DNA from: Polyangiales bacterium
GTDB taxonomy: Bacteria; Myxococcota_A; Polyangia; Polyangiales; CBDCBC01
Reading direction: 5' to 3'
Assembly (NCBI GenBank): GCA_044224525.1
Contig: JBGAKI010000004.1
Coordinates: 20,820 to 84,819, forward strand
DNA: 64,000 nucleotides
Below, piece after piece: positions 9,881 through 20,684 of the stretch. A program made the translations under genes and the position numbers. Position 1 is the first letter of the stretch. Each line of letters opens with the position of its first letter. The notes beneath the pieces are model-generated. The model ran no database searches and had not been told where the DNA came from. It was given only the letters and a program-made list of their open reading frames with translations.

Positions 9881-12099
9881 ATCTTTAGCGAACGCATGCG
9901 TAGCGCATTGGCAATGACCGACACTGAACTGAAACTCATTGCAGCCGCGGCCAGCATGGGACTGAGCAAAAGCCCAAACACAGGATAAAGCGCGCCAGCC
10001 GCGATGGGCACGCCCAGCGCATTATAGATAAAAGCAAACATCAGGTTCTGACGAATGTTGCGCATGGTTTGTATCGATAGGCTTCTGGCGCGGGTAAGCG
10101 CACTGAGGTCGCCATGCATCAATGTGATGCCGGCGCTTGCAATGGCAACGTCGGTTCCGCTACCCATCGCGATGCCGACGTCGGCAGCAGCGAGCGCCGC
10201 TGCGTCGTTGATGCCATCGCCGACCATCGCTACGAGATGACCTTGTGCTTTGAGCTTTGCGATCACTGCGTGTTTATCTGTAGGCAGCACATCTGCATAG
10301 ACTTCGTCGACGCCCAGCGCCCGTGCCACATGTTCAGCCGCGGCGCGATGGTCACCCGTCAAAAGTACCACACGCTTGACGCCTTGCCCCTTCAAAGCTG
10401 CTAGCGCCGATTTGGCCGACGTTTTGATAGCGTCGCTTACACCGATGAGCGCTGAGGCTTGTCGATCAACGCTCACATACATCAACGTCTGACCTTGCAT
10501 ACGTAACGCTTCCGCTTTGCTAGCCAATGCGTCGAGGTTGACATTAAGTTCGTTCATCAGCGCAGCATTGCCCACGGCGACTTCGTGCCCACCAACCTGC
10601 CCGCTCAAGCCTTTACCGGGAACGGTGGTGATGTTTGTTGCACTGCTCAGCGTAAGCTGATCGCGCTCAGCGGCGCTCACCAGCGCACGCGCTAGTACGT
10701 GTTCGCTCCCTCGTTGCAAACTTGCCGCGAGCGCAAGCACTTCGCTCGCAGGCGTGGCGCCCAATGTCTCGACGGTGCTTAGCGCTGGTTTACCTTCAGT
10801 GAGTGTGCCAGTCTTATCAAACACCAGGGTGTCAATGCGTTCAAATGTCTCGAGTGCTTCGGCGTTCTTCACTAGGATGCCCTCAAGTGCACCGCGTGTT
10901 GTGCCGACCATGATCGACATCGGCGTGGCAAGCCCTAACGCACATGGGCAAGCAATGATCAACACCGCAACGGCGTTCACAAGCCCGTAGGCCAGGCGTG
11001 GCTCGGGACCGAGCATGCTCCACACGACAAAAGTCACGATGCTCACAAGCACCACCACCGGCACAAAGTAGCCCGATATCGTGTCCGCGAGGCGCTGAAT
11101 CGGTGCGCGGCTGCGCTGCGCTTCGCTGACCATACGTACGATTTGCGCTAGCAGTGTGTCTTGTCCCACGCGCTTGGCGATCATGATCAACGCCCCATGA
11201 CCGTTGATCGTGCCAGCGCTAAGCAGGTCGCCCTTCTTCTTTTCAACTGGGATGGGCTCGCCTGTCATCATCGACTCATCAACTTGACTCATTCCTTCGA
11301 ACACCTCGCCATCCACGGGAACGTTCTCGCCAGCGCGCACGCGCAGCATGTCGCCCACCGCAACATGTTCTACGGGAATATCGAGCTCGTTGCCTTGTGC
11401 GTCGACGCGCCGTACCATTTTGGGGGTGCGCTTTAGAAGCGCGCGCAACGCACCCGAGACTTGGCCGCGCGCGCGCAACTCAAGCACCTGGCCCAAAAGC
11501 ACGAGCGCGGTGATGGTCGCTGCAGCCTCAAAATAAAGCGGTGGCAGCCCTGCATGGGTCAAGAACGCCTTTGGGAGCAGCGAGGGAACAAGCAGCGCAA
11601 GCCAGCTGAAGGCGAACGCGACCCCTGTGCCAAGCGCGATCAGGGTAAACATGTTTAGATTCCGCGTGCGTAACGACGCCCAGCCCCGCGCAAAGAAGGG
11701 CGCCGCGCCCCAAAGTACCACGGGCGTCGTTAGGCCCGCTTGAACCCAAGCCAAGACCCTCGGCGACGTGAGCGCGTGCATGATGGAAGGGGCGACCATC
11801 TCAATCATGCTCACGGCGACGACCGGGAGGGTAAGCGCTGTGCTTATCCAGAAGCGACGTGACATGTCGTCGAGCTCAGTGGTGTCCTCGTCGCCAGCAT
11901 GCGGGTGTTTGGGTTCGAGCGCCATGCCGCAAATCGGGCATGCTCCGGGTCCTTTTTGCACGACCTCAGGATGCATCGGGCACGTGAACTCGATGTCTTG
12001 TGAACTTGCCTGAGGCACCGCTACTGTTGCCCGTGGTGGATGCGCACAGCATGCATGTGCTTTCGCATGCGAGTGGGGTTCGTGATGTGAGTGTTCCAT
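9877..12099 (-). CDS. copA: Copper-translocating P1B-type ATPase
   Basis: His-rich N-terminus, CPMHP...CPICGM metal-binding domain, TGE, IIACPCALGLA, DKTGT, GDGIND, YN and MxxSS motifs. Confidence 0.95.
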   Translation of the reverse strand: MEHSHHEPHSHAKAHACCAHPPRATVAVPQASSQDIEFTCPMHPEVVQKGPGACPICGMALEPKHPHAGDEDTTELDDMSRRFWISTALTLPVVAVSMIEMVAPSIMHALTSPRVLAWVQAGLTTPVVLWGAAPFFARGWASLRTRNLNMFTLIALGTGVAFAFSWLALLVPSLLPKAFLTHAGLPPLYFEAAATITALVLLGQVLELRARGQVSGALRALLKRTPKMVRRVDAQGNELDIPVEHVAVGDMLRVRAGENVPVDGEVFEGMSQVDESMMTGEPIPVEKKKGDLLSAGTINGHGALIMIAKRVGQDTLLAQIVRMVSEAQRSRAPIQRLADTISGYFVPVVVLVSIVTFVVWSMLGPEPRLAYGLVNAVAVLIIACPCALGLATPMSIMVGTTRGALEGILVKNAEALETFERIDTLVFDKTGTLTEGKPALSTVETLGATPASEVLALAASLQRGSEHVLARALVSAAERDQLTLSSATNITTVPGKGLSGQVGGHEVAVGNAALMNELNVNLDALASKAEALRMQGQTLMYVSVDRQASALIGVSDAIKTSAKSALAALKGQGVKRVVLLTGDHRAAAEHVARALGVDEVYADVLPTDKHAVIAKLKAQGHLVAMVGDGINDAAALAAADVGIAMGSGTDVAIASAGITLMHGDLSALTRARSLSIQTMRNIRQNLMFAFIYNALGVPIAAGALYPVFGLLLSPMLAAAAMSFSSVSVIANALRMRSLKI

Positions 12100-13313
12100 T
12101 ATTCTTTGACCTTTCGCGCGACGCTGCCTGCCGGGTATGCGTACCAGCCTGGGTCAGCATACTGGGTGATGCCATCACGCACCTTGAGCACCGTAAACAT
12201 ACCGCCCATTTCGACGGGCCCAAAGGGCCCCTCACCTGTCATCATCGGCAAAGTGTTTTTGGGTCTGCCCATGGCCATCATGTTACCCATGCCAGTTTCG
12301 CCCATGGCCATATAACCGGGCAGCACCCTGCGCACTTTGTCTTCGCTATCACCTTGCTTGACGCCAATCATGTTGGGAACATCGTGCTTCATCGCGTTCA
12401 TGGTGTGATGCGACTTGTGGCAATGAAACGCCCAATCGCCCGGCACCCTTGCAACGAACTCCACCGTGCGCGTCGAACCAACCGGTACGTTGACAGTCGT
12501 TTCGGGCCGACGTGCCGATTTAGGCACGTCGCCACCGTCGGTACCAACTTCCTCAAAGTTATAACCGTGTATGTGGATCGGATGGCTGTCCATGCTGAGA
12601 TTGCCGAAACTCACACGCACGCGCTGACCGGTGCGCACAACCCAAGGTTCAGTACCGGGCCATACGCGACTATTAAAAGTAAACAAGTTAAAGTCGGTCA
12701 TCACGTTTGGGTTTGGCGTGGCCGTGCCTGGTTCGACATACCACTCGTGCAGCATGACAACAAAGTGCCGATCGACTCTCGGCGTTTGGGGAGCACGCGG
12801 ATGTATGACAAAAAAGCCCATCATGCCCATCGCCATTTGCACCATTTCATCAGAATGCGGGTGGTACATGTGCACGCCGTGTTGCCTTAACGTGAACTCG
12901 TAAACGTAGGTTTCACCCGGTTCGATATGTGGTTGGTTCAAACCGGCGACACCGTCCATGCCACTGGGCAGAAAGATACCATGCCAATGCACGCTCGTTC
13001 GTTCGGGCAGCTTATTGGTGACAAAGATTCGAACGTGATCGCCTTCAACAACTTCGATGGTTGGCCCAGGTGTGCTGCCGTTATAGCCCCATGCGTTGAC
13101 GATCATGCCTGGCGCGAATTCGCGCTTCACCGGCTCCGCGACAAGATGAAACTCCTTCACGCCTTGGTTTATGCGATACGGCAACGTCGAACCGTTGGGC
13201 ACCACCACCGGCGTGAAGCGCGGACCTTGGGTTTGTGCTTGCGTCGAACGCGGCAGCACCAAACCGGCGGCCGCTAAAGTGCTGTTCTGAAATAGTTGTC
13301 TGCGGGTGATCAT
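12099..13313 (-). CDS. Tat-exported two-domain multicopper oxidase
   Basis: TRRQLF twin-arginine signal, HWHG, YHPH, HPIHIHG, HCHKSHH copper ligands, Met-rich tail. Confidence 0.93.
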   Translation of the reverse strand: MITRRQLFQNSTLAAAGLVLPRSTQAQTQGPRFTPVVVPNGSTLPYRINQGVKEFHLVAEPVKREFAPGMIVNAWGYNGSTPGPTIEVVEGDHVRIFVTNKLPERTSVHWHGIFLPSGMDGVAGLNQPHIEPGETYVYEFTLRQHGVHMYHPHSDEMVQMAMGMMGFFVIHPRAPQTPRVDRHFVVMLHEWYVEPGTATPNPNVMTDFNLFTFNSRVWPGTEPWVVRTGQRVRVSFGNLSMDSHPIHIHGYNFEEVGTDGGDVPKSARRPETTVNVPVGSTRTVEFVARVPGDWAFHCHKSHHTMNAMKHDVPNMIGVKQGDSEDKVRRVLPGYMAMGETGMGNMMAMGRPKNTLPMMTGEGPFGPVEMGGMFTVLKVRDGITQYADPGWYAYPAGSVARKVKE

Positions 13314-13316
13314 GGG

Positions 13317-14732
13317 TTACCTTGTCATGCTGTGTGGTGTGTTGGCGGTTGGATCTGAGGGCAATACTGCTAAAATGAGGCGACCGCCCACCGCACGTTC
13401 TAATTCTGCGCGCGCGATCCAATAATCGCGCAACGCTTCGATAAACTCGCGATACGCGTTGACCTCGTTCTGCTTGGCGACGATCAAATGAAATACCCCA
13501 AGCAGCATCGCGTCATATTGTTCTTGCGAAAGTTGGGTAACGCGTACCTTTGCAGGCACAAGCTTCGCGGCATGACGCTCGACCGTCTTGCGCGCATACA
13601 CCACGCGATTGCGCGCGCTACGCACCTCGGACAATAGGCTTACGCGCAGTTGCTCGGCACGGGCGCGACTTTGACGAAACAATGCCTCAAGACGCGCAAT
13701 GACGGCTTGGCGTTGATCAAAAATCGGCAACTCAATCGCGGCCCCCGGGCCCATCACGGTGGGCCCGGCAAAGGTGCGTTCGTAGGTCAGACCGACGTTC
13801 GCACCTCCCACAAAACGAAAGTCTTTTGCTAAGTTCAACGCATACCCAAGTGATTGCGTCTCGCTCTTTGCTGCGGCGAAATCGAGGCGCTGGGCCAGCG
13901 CATGTTCTTCGATCCGTTCGAACACGACCTCAAGCGTGGGCAACTCGGGCAACTTGGGGGCGAGAGTCCATCGTGTTTCAGCGCCCCATACTCCCATCGT
14001 TCGGTTAAGGGCTTCACGATGCTCGAGCACCTCACCCTGAGCGCGCAACGCATCAAGCGACACCTGCTCGTGCAAACTTTGCTGTTGCGCGAGCTCCAAA
14101 TCATTGATGTTGCCGGCGGCATGTTGACGCTCGGCTAACTCATACACCGCATCGGCGGCTTCGAGCACCACCTTGCGCATCGCGAGTGACTGCTCGGCAG
14201 CTTGCATGGCAAAGAAGGCCTTTTTTACATCGCGCGCGAAATCGATGATCGCACTACCTACCCTGGCCTTGACGGCGCTCAATCGCGCGGTCGCCACCTT
14301 TCGTCGTGCGGGAATCATGAATACTTCTAAAAAGTCTTGCACAACGTCGATGGTTAGATCGGACTGCGCGCCTTGGGTTAAGGGAAAGTGGATGCCGCCA
14401 GCAAGCACAGGGTTCTTGAGCAAACCTGCCTGCACCAAATCTGCTTGAGCCACGCTGACCTCTTCGTAGGTCGCTTGCAATCCAGGGTTGCGTAGAAGGC
14501 CAACCCACACGGCACCTTCAACCGACAAGGGTCGCGCAAGCAACTCAGCCACCCGCTCGTTGACACGGCGTTGCACCTGCGCGTTCTGTTGCCATACCAA
14601 ATGATAGCCACTGCGCTGTTCAACCGCCATGGACGTGTCACGCATCGCCGGACCCGGCGATGTAGAGGTGCAGCTCAGTATGGTGAGAAGCATCCCCAGT
14701 CCACCTGCTTGTCTACATTGATTGAGTATCAT
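13317..14732 (-). CDS. TolC-family outer-membrane lipoprotein, copper-resistance associated
   Basis: Lipobox ILSC, AQADLVQAGLLKNP, ELPIFD, LRDYWIARAELERAVG; first gene of a TolC-MCO-CopA operon. Confidence 0.88.
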   Translation of the reverse strand: MILNQCRQAGGLGMLLTILSCTSTSPGPAMRDTSMAVEQRSGYHLVWQQNAQVQRRVNERVAELLARPLSVEGAVWVGLLRNPGLQATYEEVSVAQADLVQAGLLKNPVLAGGIHFPLTQGAQSDLTIDVVQDFLEVFMIPARRKVATARLSAVKARVGSAIIDFARDVKKAFFAMQAAEQSLAMRKVVLEAADAVYELAERQHAAGNINDLELAQQQSLHEQVSLDALRAQGEVLEHREALNRTMGVWGAETRWTLAPKLPELPTLEVVFERIEEHALAQRLDFAAAKSETQSLGYALNLAKDFRFVGGANVGLTYERTFAGPTVMGPGAAIELPIFDQRQAVIARLEALFRQSRARAEQLRVSLLSEVRSARNRVVYARKTVERHAAKLVPAKVRVTQLSQEQYDAMLLGVFHLIVAKQNEVNAYREFIEALRDYWIARAELERAVGGRLILAVLPSDPTANTPHSMTR

Positions 14733-14809
14733 TGCATCTTTGGCTTTCGTTCTAAGATCATGCTGCTACTCTTTATAGGCCGAAACCCTATCCTTTGTGA
14801 CCCAAGAAA

Positions 14810-16885
14810 ATGCCCAATCGTTTAGCCAAAGAAATTTCACCTTACTTGCAGCAACACGCCAATAACCCCGTGGACTGGTACCCCTGGGGCGACGAGGCGC
14901 TGGCACGCGCCAAGCGCGAGGATAAGCCGATCATGCTTTCGATTGGCTATTCGGCGTGTCACTGGTGCCATGTGATGGAGCACGAGTCGTTTGCGAACGA
15001 CGACATCGCCCAATTGATGAACGAGAACTTCGTGAATATTAAGGTCGATCGCGAAGAGCGGCCCGATATTGACCATATCTACCAGCTGACGGTTCAGCTG
15101 ATGGGTCGCAGCGGTGGTTGGCCGCTGACTGTGTTTTTGACTCCCGAGCAAAAGCCTTTTTTTGCCGGCACATATTTTCCGCATGTGGATCGTTATGGCG
15201 TGCCAGGTTTTCCCAAGGTTCTTCAGACACTTGCTCAGGGTTACCGCGAGCGGCGCGCCGATTTTGAGAGCTCGGCTGAGGAACTAACGCGTGGCATTAA
15301 AAGCGTGCTCGCCGAAGAACGTGGCGAAGTGGAAACAGCGGGAAGTGTACCGGCCGACGCGCTGGCGCAGGCTGCTTGGAAACTTGCACAGCGGTGGGAC
15401 TCGGAACACGGCGGCTTTGGCGGTGCGCCTAAGTTTCCCAATACCATGAACCTTGAAGTGCTCCTGCGCGAAGGCGCGCGCAATCATCACAAACCTTATT
15501 TACATATGGTCGAACAAGCGCTCGTGTCGATGCGACGCGGTGGCATCTATGATCAGCTGCGCGGCGGCTTTCATCGCTATTCAACCGATGCCCAGTGGCT
15601 TGTGCCTCATTTTGAAAAGATGCTTTATGATAATGCACTCTTATCGAAGCTATATGTTGAAGCTTGGCGGCTCACGAAAAACCAAATATTTGCGCAGACG
15701 GTACATGAAACGCTTGCTTACGTCAGTGCAGAGATGACCAGCCCTGAAGGCGTTTTTTATTCTGCGCAAGACGCCGATAGCGAAGGGGTCGAAGGTAAGT
15801 TCTTCGTTTGGACGCACGACGAGGTGCGAGCGCTTCTTGATGCCGAAGAGACCACACTTGCGTGCGAGTGGCTTGGAATCTCACCCGAGGGCAACTTTGA
15901 GGAAGGTTCTACAGTGCTTTTTGAAGCGGTGTCTTTAGACACTTTGGCAGAACGCCATGGGCTCACACTTCGCGAGCTTTCTGAACGCTGCGAGCGCATC
16001 AAAACAACCATGCTTGGTGAGCGCGAAAAGCGCATCCGACCTATGCGCGATGACAAGATCATTGTCGCTTGGAACGCTTTAATGATTTCAGCGTTTGCAC
16101 ATGCAGGCGCCGCATTTGATAGACGCGATTATTGCGACATGGCCGAGCGCGCACTGGTCTTTATTAAGGCGCGGCTCTTTAGCGAAGGGCGGCTTGCACG
16201 CATTTATAAAGACGGGCAAACACGCGGCACCGGCTTTCTTGAAGACTACGCGCATTTGGCTGTGGCGGCGCTCGATGTGTTCGAGTGCACCTTCAGGCCG
16301 GCACACCTAGACTTTGCTGTGTCGCTCCTTGATAGTGCGCTCGGTCTCTTTTGGGACGATGCGACACGTCGGCTTGGCTTTTCGCCTAAAGACGGTGAAC
16401 GTTTAATCGTCGCCCCGACCGATACGTATGACAATGCGACGCCTTCGGGCACGTCAACGTTATGCGAAGCGCTCTTACGCGCGCATAGCCACACCCAGCA
16501 TGGCCGGTTTTTTGAGGTTGCCGAACACCTTTTAACGCGACTTGCCTTACGGGCTACAAAAACACCTTCGGGTTATGGACACCTGCTTTGCGCACTGGAT
16601 CGATACCTACGTGGAGCGACACAAATGGTGATTATCGGCAGCCCGGACGATATCACGGCAGACGAGCTTGTGCGCCGGGCGCAGCGCTCCTTTGTGCCGA
16701 ATCGTGCATTAACCCGTTTGACAGCGATACAGGACCTGGCCCCTCACTTGTCAGCACTTTTGGGTTCGCTCGCTGACGACTCGAGCGCACACGCGTATGT
16801 ATGCATGAACCGCACGTGTTATCCGCCGGTTCAAAGCGCAGATGCGTTGAGCGCGCTCATCGGCAAAACGGTCGGTTTTGATTGA
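14810..16885 (+). CDS. Thioredoxin-domain protein of the YyaL/DUF255 (SPATA20-like) family
   Basis: [57 protein letters not shown]. Confidence 0.93.
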   Translation: MPNRLAKEISPYLQQHANNPVDWYPWGDEALARAKREDKPIMLSIGYSACHWCHVMEHESFANDDIAQLMNENFVNIKVDREERPDIDHIYQLTVQLMGRSGGWPLTVFLTPEQKPFFAGTYFPHVDRYGVPGFPKVLQTLAQGYRERRADFESSAEELTRGIKSVLAEERGEVETAGSVPADALAQAAWKLAQRWDSEHGGFGGAPKFPNTMNLEVLLREGARNHHKPYLHMVEQALVSMRRGGIYDQLRGGFHRYSTDAQWLVPHFEKMLYDNALLSKLYVEAWRLTKNQIFAQTVHETLAYVSAEMTSPEGVFYSAQDADSEGVEGKFFVWTHDEVRALLDAEETTLACEWLGISPEGNFEEGSTVLFEAVSLDTLAERHGLTLRELSERCERIKTTMLGEREKRIRPMRDDKIIVAWNALMISAFAHAGAAFDRRDYCDMAERALVFIKARLFSEGRLARIYKDGQTRGTGFLEDYAHLAVAALDVFECTFRPAHLDFAVSLLDSALGLFWDDATRRLGFSPKDGERLIVAPTDTYDNATPSGTSTLCEALLRAHSHTQHGRFFEVAEHLLTRLALRATKTPSGYGHLLCALDRYLRGATQMVIIGSPDDITADELVRRAQRSFVPNRALTRLTAIQDLAPHLSALLGSLADDSSAHAYVCMNRTCYPPVQSADALSALIGKTVGFD

Positions 16886-16919
16886 CTTTTTGCCCATTTC
16901 TGGGCGATGACAGTAGGGC

Positions 16920-19900
16920 ATGGCGCAGGCTTCACCACAAGGTGGCAACCACCCTAACCTTGAGCCCATTGAACAAGTGGACGCATGGCGCACCCAAGTC
17001 AAACCACATGCGTTGCTTAGAGGTTTTCCAAGTTATGAGCATCATCTATCCGACCCGCTCGAACCGCTCGAAACACAACTTACACGTTTGTCCGCGGCGC
17101 ATCATACGCAGGAGCAAGCTGATTGTTGGATCGCGATTGCCAAAGGCTGGTTGACATATTTTCAGTCGACAGAACAAGCCGCGCGCGCGTTGCGTGAAGC
17201 CGTGGCGCTCGATCCCAACAATGCACATGCGGCCCGATACGCTGCCGACCTGTGCGCTAGGCTCGCGCAACGCGATGTGGCAGCACAGTATGCGCAGACA
17301 TGGGTACGCTCTGCTAAAGAGGGCATTGAACGAGCGCAAGCTTATGCGTGGCAGGCACGCTTGCTTGAGCGCAGTGGTCGACGCGAAGATGCCTGTGCCG
17401 CTTGGCAACATGCCATTGACGAGGACGCAAATGAACCGTCATACCTTGAGGGCTTGTGTCGATCGCTTGACGCCAAAGCAGACCCTGCGCGCTTTGCAAC
17501 CCATGCGCTCAACGCCATAAAGTTGTGGCGCTCGTACAGCTTGCGCCGCGCACTGGCGCTTGCACAAACCTATCTTGCGGCGCTGCCTGACAACGACGCT
17601 CTGGCGAACGCGTGCTGCGAGTGTCTACGGGCGATGGGTCTTGACCGCGCTGCACTTGCACGTTGGGTCTGTCTTGGTTGGATGCGACAGAATTCAATTG
17701 CGAAGAATGAGGCGCTTTACCAGGCGATTGCGCTCGCCAAGCACTTTCACGATAGCCGTTTGGCCTCGGTTTTGGTCAGCGGGTTTGACCTATCTGAAGT
17801 CGTTGAGCATGACGGCAGACGCGTGCCAGCTGTCGCGTACGTGAACGATGTGCTGAGCGATCGCGATCAAACCTTGGTTGAACTTTTGCGCGCGCTTCGA
17901 CAAGGCCAACACACCGTCGTGGTAGACCGAGGTGTGGCTTTGCTGAATCGTGAGGATGCAGGCACCTTATTGTGTGAGATGATCGCTTATAGCGCACGCG
18001 CATCTGGCGCAACACTGTCCATTGGGCACCTACAAACACTATTGAGTCGACTCGGTGTGCGCGATGAGCTTCTAGGCGTCATCCCCCCTGCTGCTCAACT
18101 CACTCAAGAGCATTTGTGCTTACTACCTTATGTGCGCGAATACTTCGTCAGCAACCCTCATAGTGTGGTCGCGGCACAGGCCTATCTATCGCTCTGCCTT
18201 CAACATTCGTCCTACACCTTGCTAGCAGAAGCGCTCGAGCTGACCTTGCCAGCCCTCAACGATTCGCCCACGACCCAAACGCTCGCAATGAGCGCGGCCA
18301 ATCGATTGGCCGCGTTTGGAATGCATGCACATGCTGCACAGTTCTTGCTGACGCTAAATGAAAAGGTACTCTCGTTAGACCTCGAACGACTTACGCTTGC
18401 GCAACATTACGCACGTTTGGCAAGCGACCGTGAACTTGAAGCGCGGGTGCTTGAGCAATCGGTCGCTGCACAGCCTAACAACCGTAAGGGTGCGCCTCTG
18501 GGATCCCTGGCGAAGCTATATCGTGAACACCGCAATCTTGTGGCCGAGGTACGCACACTCTTGCGCATTTTGGCGGTAAGCCCATTTGATGAGAGCACCC
18601 TGGAGCGCCTTTCAGAGCTGTACGCGACGGCGGGGGAATACGACCGCCTTGATGCCGTGCTCGCGTTGCGTCTTGAAGGTGCGCAGGATCCCGACGATCG
18701 ACTTTCGCGAGCACTCGATCGCGCCGCCGCGTTTTTCTACCTCAAGAAAGATGTCGCGATGGCGGAACAAACGTTGATGGCGTTCGCAAAAACCCTCACC
18801 GACAACGCAGCGTTGGTCAGGGTTGCACAAGCGCTTGTCGAGCTTAACAAGTCGTACGAAGCCGTTCGCTTACTGCGCCAAAAAGCCAAAGACGCCACCC
18901 CAGATAGCGCTGTCCGTCTATACGACGAAGCGCTACGTGTTGCTGATACGGTATGTGGTGATCTTGCGCTTGCGATCAGTGTGGCCCAAGACCGTTTGCA
19001 CATAGACCCAGAGCACAACGAATCGCTAACTAAGGTTGGCGAACTGATCTGTAAGTTAGGCGACGTCAATTTGGCGCAGCGACTGGTCGAGCAGACCGAG
19101 ACGATGCTGCGTGATTCGTCGAGCATCGAGCGCTTGCGTTTGCTCGTGGCACCACTGGGTAAGTTGAACGAAACAAAAACGCCCATACAAACTGCAACGC
19201 AGACTTCGTTCAACAGCGCGTCGCCATCAGACGCTTCGGCGACCACCATCAGCGCACCAGAGATGATCCGCACGCTCGATCTTTTGTCGGTCTTTTGGCA
19301 ACACTGTCGGCACTTAGATGAACGTGACGCTGGCTGTACAAACCTCGACCTGGCCAGTTGGCCCTGGGCTACCGAGTTTTCGGCCATTGCTGCGCAAGTG
19401 GGCGTGGCCATGCCCGAGCTTGCTCAAACACCCGAGCCGGGGGTGGTTGCGCTTAAGCGACGCGCCTCGCCCATTCTGCTCGTTGGCGATCTGACTGGGC
19501 TGTCGGCTTCTGAACGGTGCTTCTTGTTTGCCGGCGCCCTTGAGGGCGTACGTGCACAACATATTCTGTGTGCAACGTTGGCTGACGATGAACTTACACG
19601 GTTGCTTGCCGCGCTGAGCGCGGCATTTGGTCCGGCCGATGAAGGCGACCAAGTTGAACAAGCCACTGCTGAACTTGCCTCAACCATCTGGCGCACCGTC
19701 ACCTATGACATGCGTCGGACACTACGCGAATGTGTCCTTGAGTTGCCGGCGCAAGGCGTCTCAGCCGCTGCGCTAATCAAGCACGTCGGCACACTTCAGG
19801 CACAACGCGCAGCAGCCCTTTCGGGCTTGAACGACCCAGCGATGGCACAGGTGTTTGGCGCCGCTCGTGGACGTTATGTGCTTACACCACCACTGCCTTT

Positions 19901-19949
19901 ACATACAGTTGGTGCGCGGCTCGGGCACAGCGCGATCTTGACCCACTAA
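16920..19949 (+). CDS. Large TPR-like helical repeat protein
   Basis: 1009 aa Ala/Leu-rich helical ORF with TPR-type turns (ALDPNN, AVSPFD, HIDPEH). Confidence 0.7.
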   Translation: MAQASPQGGNHPNLEPIEQVDAWRTQVKPHALLRGFPSYEHHLSDPLEPLETQLTRLSAAHHTQEQADCWIAIAKGWLTYFQSTEQAARALREAVALDPNNAHAARYAADLCARLAQRDVAAQYAQTWVRSAKEGIERAQAYAWQARLLERSGRREDACAAWQHAIDEDANEPSYLEGLCRSLDAKADPARFATHALNAIKLWRSYSLRRALALAQTYLAALPDNDALANACCECLRAMGLDRAALARWVCLGWMRQNSIAKNEALYQAIALAKHFHDSRLASVLVSGFDLSEVVEHDGRRVPAVAYVNDVLSDRDQTLVELLRALRQGQHTVVVDRGVALLNREDAGTLLCEMIAYSARASGATLSIGHLQTLLSRLGVRDELLGVIPPAAQLTQEHLCLLPYVREYFVSNPHSVVAAQAYLSLCLQHSSYTLLAEALELTLPALNDSPTTQTLAMSAANRLAAFGMHAHAAQFLLTLNEKVLSLDLERLTLAQHYARLASDRELEARVLEQSVAAQPNNRKGAPLGSLAKLYREHRNLVAEVRTLLRILAVSPFDESTLERLSELYATAGEYDRLDAVLALRLEGAQDPDDRLSRALDRAAAFFYLKKDVAMAEQTLMAFAKTLTDNAALVRVAQALVELNKSYEAVRLLRQKAKDATPDSAVRLYDEALRVADTVCGDLALAISVAQDRLHIDPEHNESLTKVGELICKLGDVNLAQRLVEQTETMLRDSSSIERLRLLVAPLGKLNETKTPIQTATQTSFNSASPSDASATTISAPEMIRTLDLLSVFWQHCRHLDERDAGCTNLDLASWPWATEFSAIAAQVGVAMPELAQTPEPGVVALKRRASPILLVGDLTGLSASERCFLFAGALEGVRAQHILCATLADDELTRLLAALSAAFGPADEGDQVEQATAELASTIWRTVTYDMRRTLRECVLELPAQGVSAAALIKHVGTLQAQRAAALSGLNDPAMAQVFGAARGRYVLTPPLPLHTVGARLGHSAILTH

Positions 19950-20612
19950 ACAGGCAGTGTAGTCGCTCGGCTTGGGTAAGCCTGTGCGCAAACAGCAGTT
20001 GCACACCTGCACTGGCCACAAGAATGCACCCGACTCGACGTCAAGACCACCCAAGGTTTTGCCAAAGGCAACGATCGACAAGAAGACGGTGTTGCCTGCG
20101 CCGGGCTTTGTTTCAAGCTCATTGCCTTTTGATTCGGGGATCACTTGCAACTCGCCAATGGCGCGACCTGGACCTTCTTGCGTGGCTGATGGCACGAGCG
20201 TTGTACCGGGCACGGTGTATTCGGCATAAATCGGCTTGCGGTTGATGTCTAGAATCGTCACCCGCGCACCTTCAATCTGAACCTTGGTCGTATCGGCGCT
20301 CGATAACGTATTGGATGCAGTGCGAGTGAAAAGCTGATTATTAAACATCGGATAGAGGCTGTACGATTTGGTCAGCGACAAATCGAGCGTACCCGACGTA
20401 ATGAAAAGATTGCTAAGCTGAAACGCGCAGTTATCGTCCGGAAGCGTTTGCTGGGAAATATAGAAGCTCACACCCTCATCTGCGCTGCAACCCAAGTGAG
20501 GCACCGTCAGCATGAACGCGGACACGACAAAACTAGAAAGCAGGGTTAACGGCCTAATGGATGAGCGGGTATTCACTTGATCATGATATCGCGTTTGGCC
20601 TAAACGCTGCAA
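19899..20612 (-). CDS. Hypothetical Cys-rich lipoprotein
   Basis: Hydrophobic N-terminus ending HLGC; C-terminal VCNCC...CLVGQD; co-oriented with and downstream of aroKB; exact start uncertain. Confidence 0.7.
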   Translation of the reverse strand: MQRLGQTRYHDQVNTRSSIRPLTLLSSFVVSAFMLTVPHLGCSADEGVSFYISQQTLPDDNCAFQLSNLFITSGTLDLSLTKSYSLYPMFNNQLFTRTASNTLSSADTTKVQIEGARVTILDINRKPIYAEYTVPGTTLVPSATQEGPGRAIGELQVIPESKGNELETKPGAGNTVFLSIVAFGKTLGGLDVESGAFLWPVQVCNCCLRTGLPKPSDYTACLVGQDRAVPEPRTNCM

Positions 20613-20684
20613 GTTCCTGTTTAACCCCAGATTGGCGACAATTTTGCTCGTTTTTGGACCTCATATGGCCTGAAATCCGTGCTC

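Noticed and set aside
12000-12890. 296-aa plus-strand ORF
   Set aside because: Antisense shadow of the multicopper oxidase and copA genes, with no recognisable motifs.
9877-14732. TolC-MCO-CopA cluster as a new system or mobile island
   Set aside because: It is a common copper-resistance arrangement, and no integrase, IS ends or target duplications are visible.
20632-20648. Sigma54-like TTGGCGACAATTTTGCT on the plus strand
   Set aside because: It points antisense into aroKB with no plausible downstream gene, so it is probably chance.
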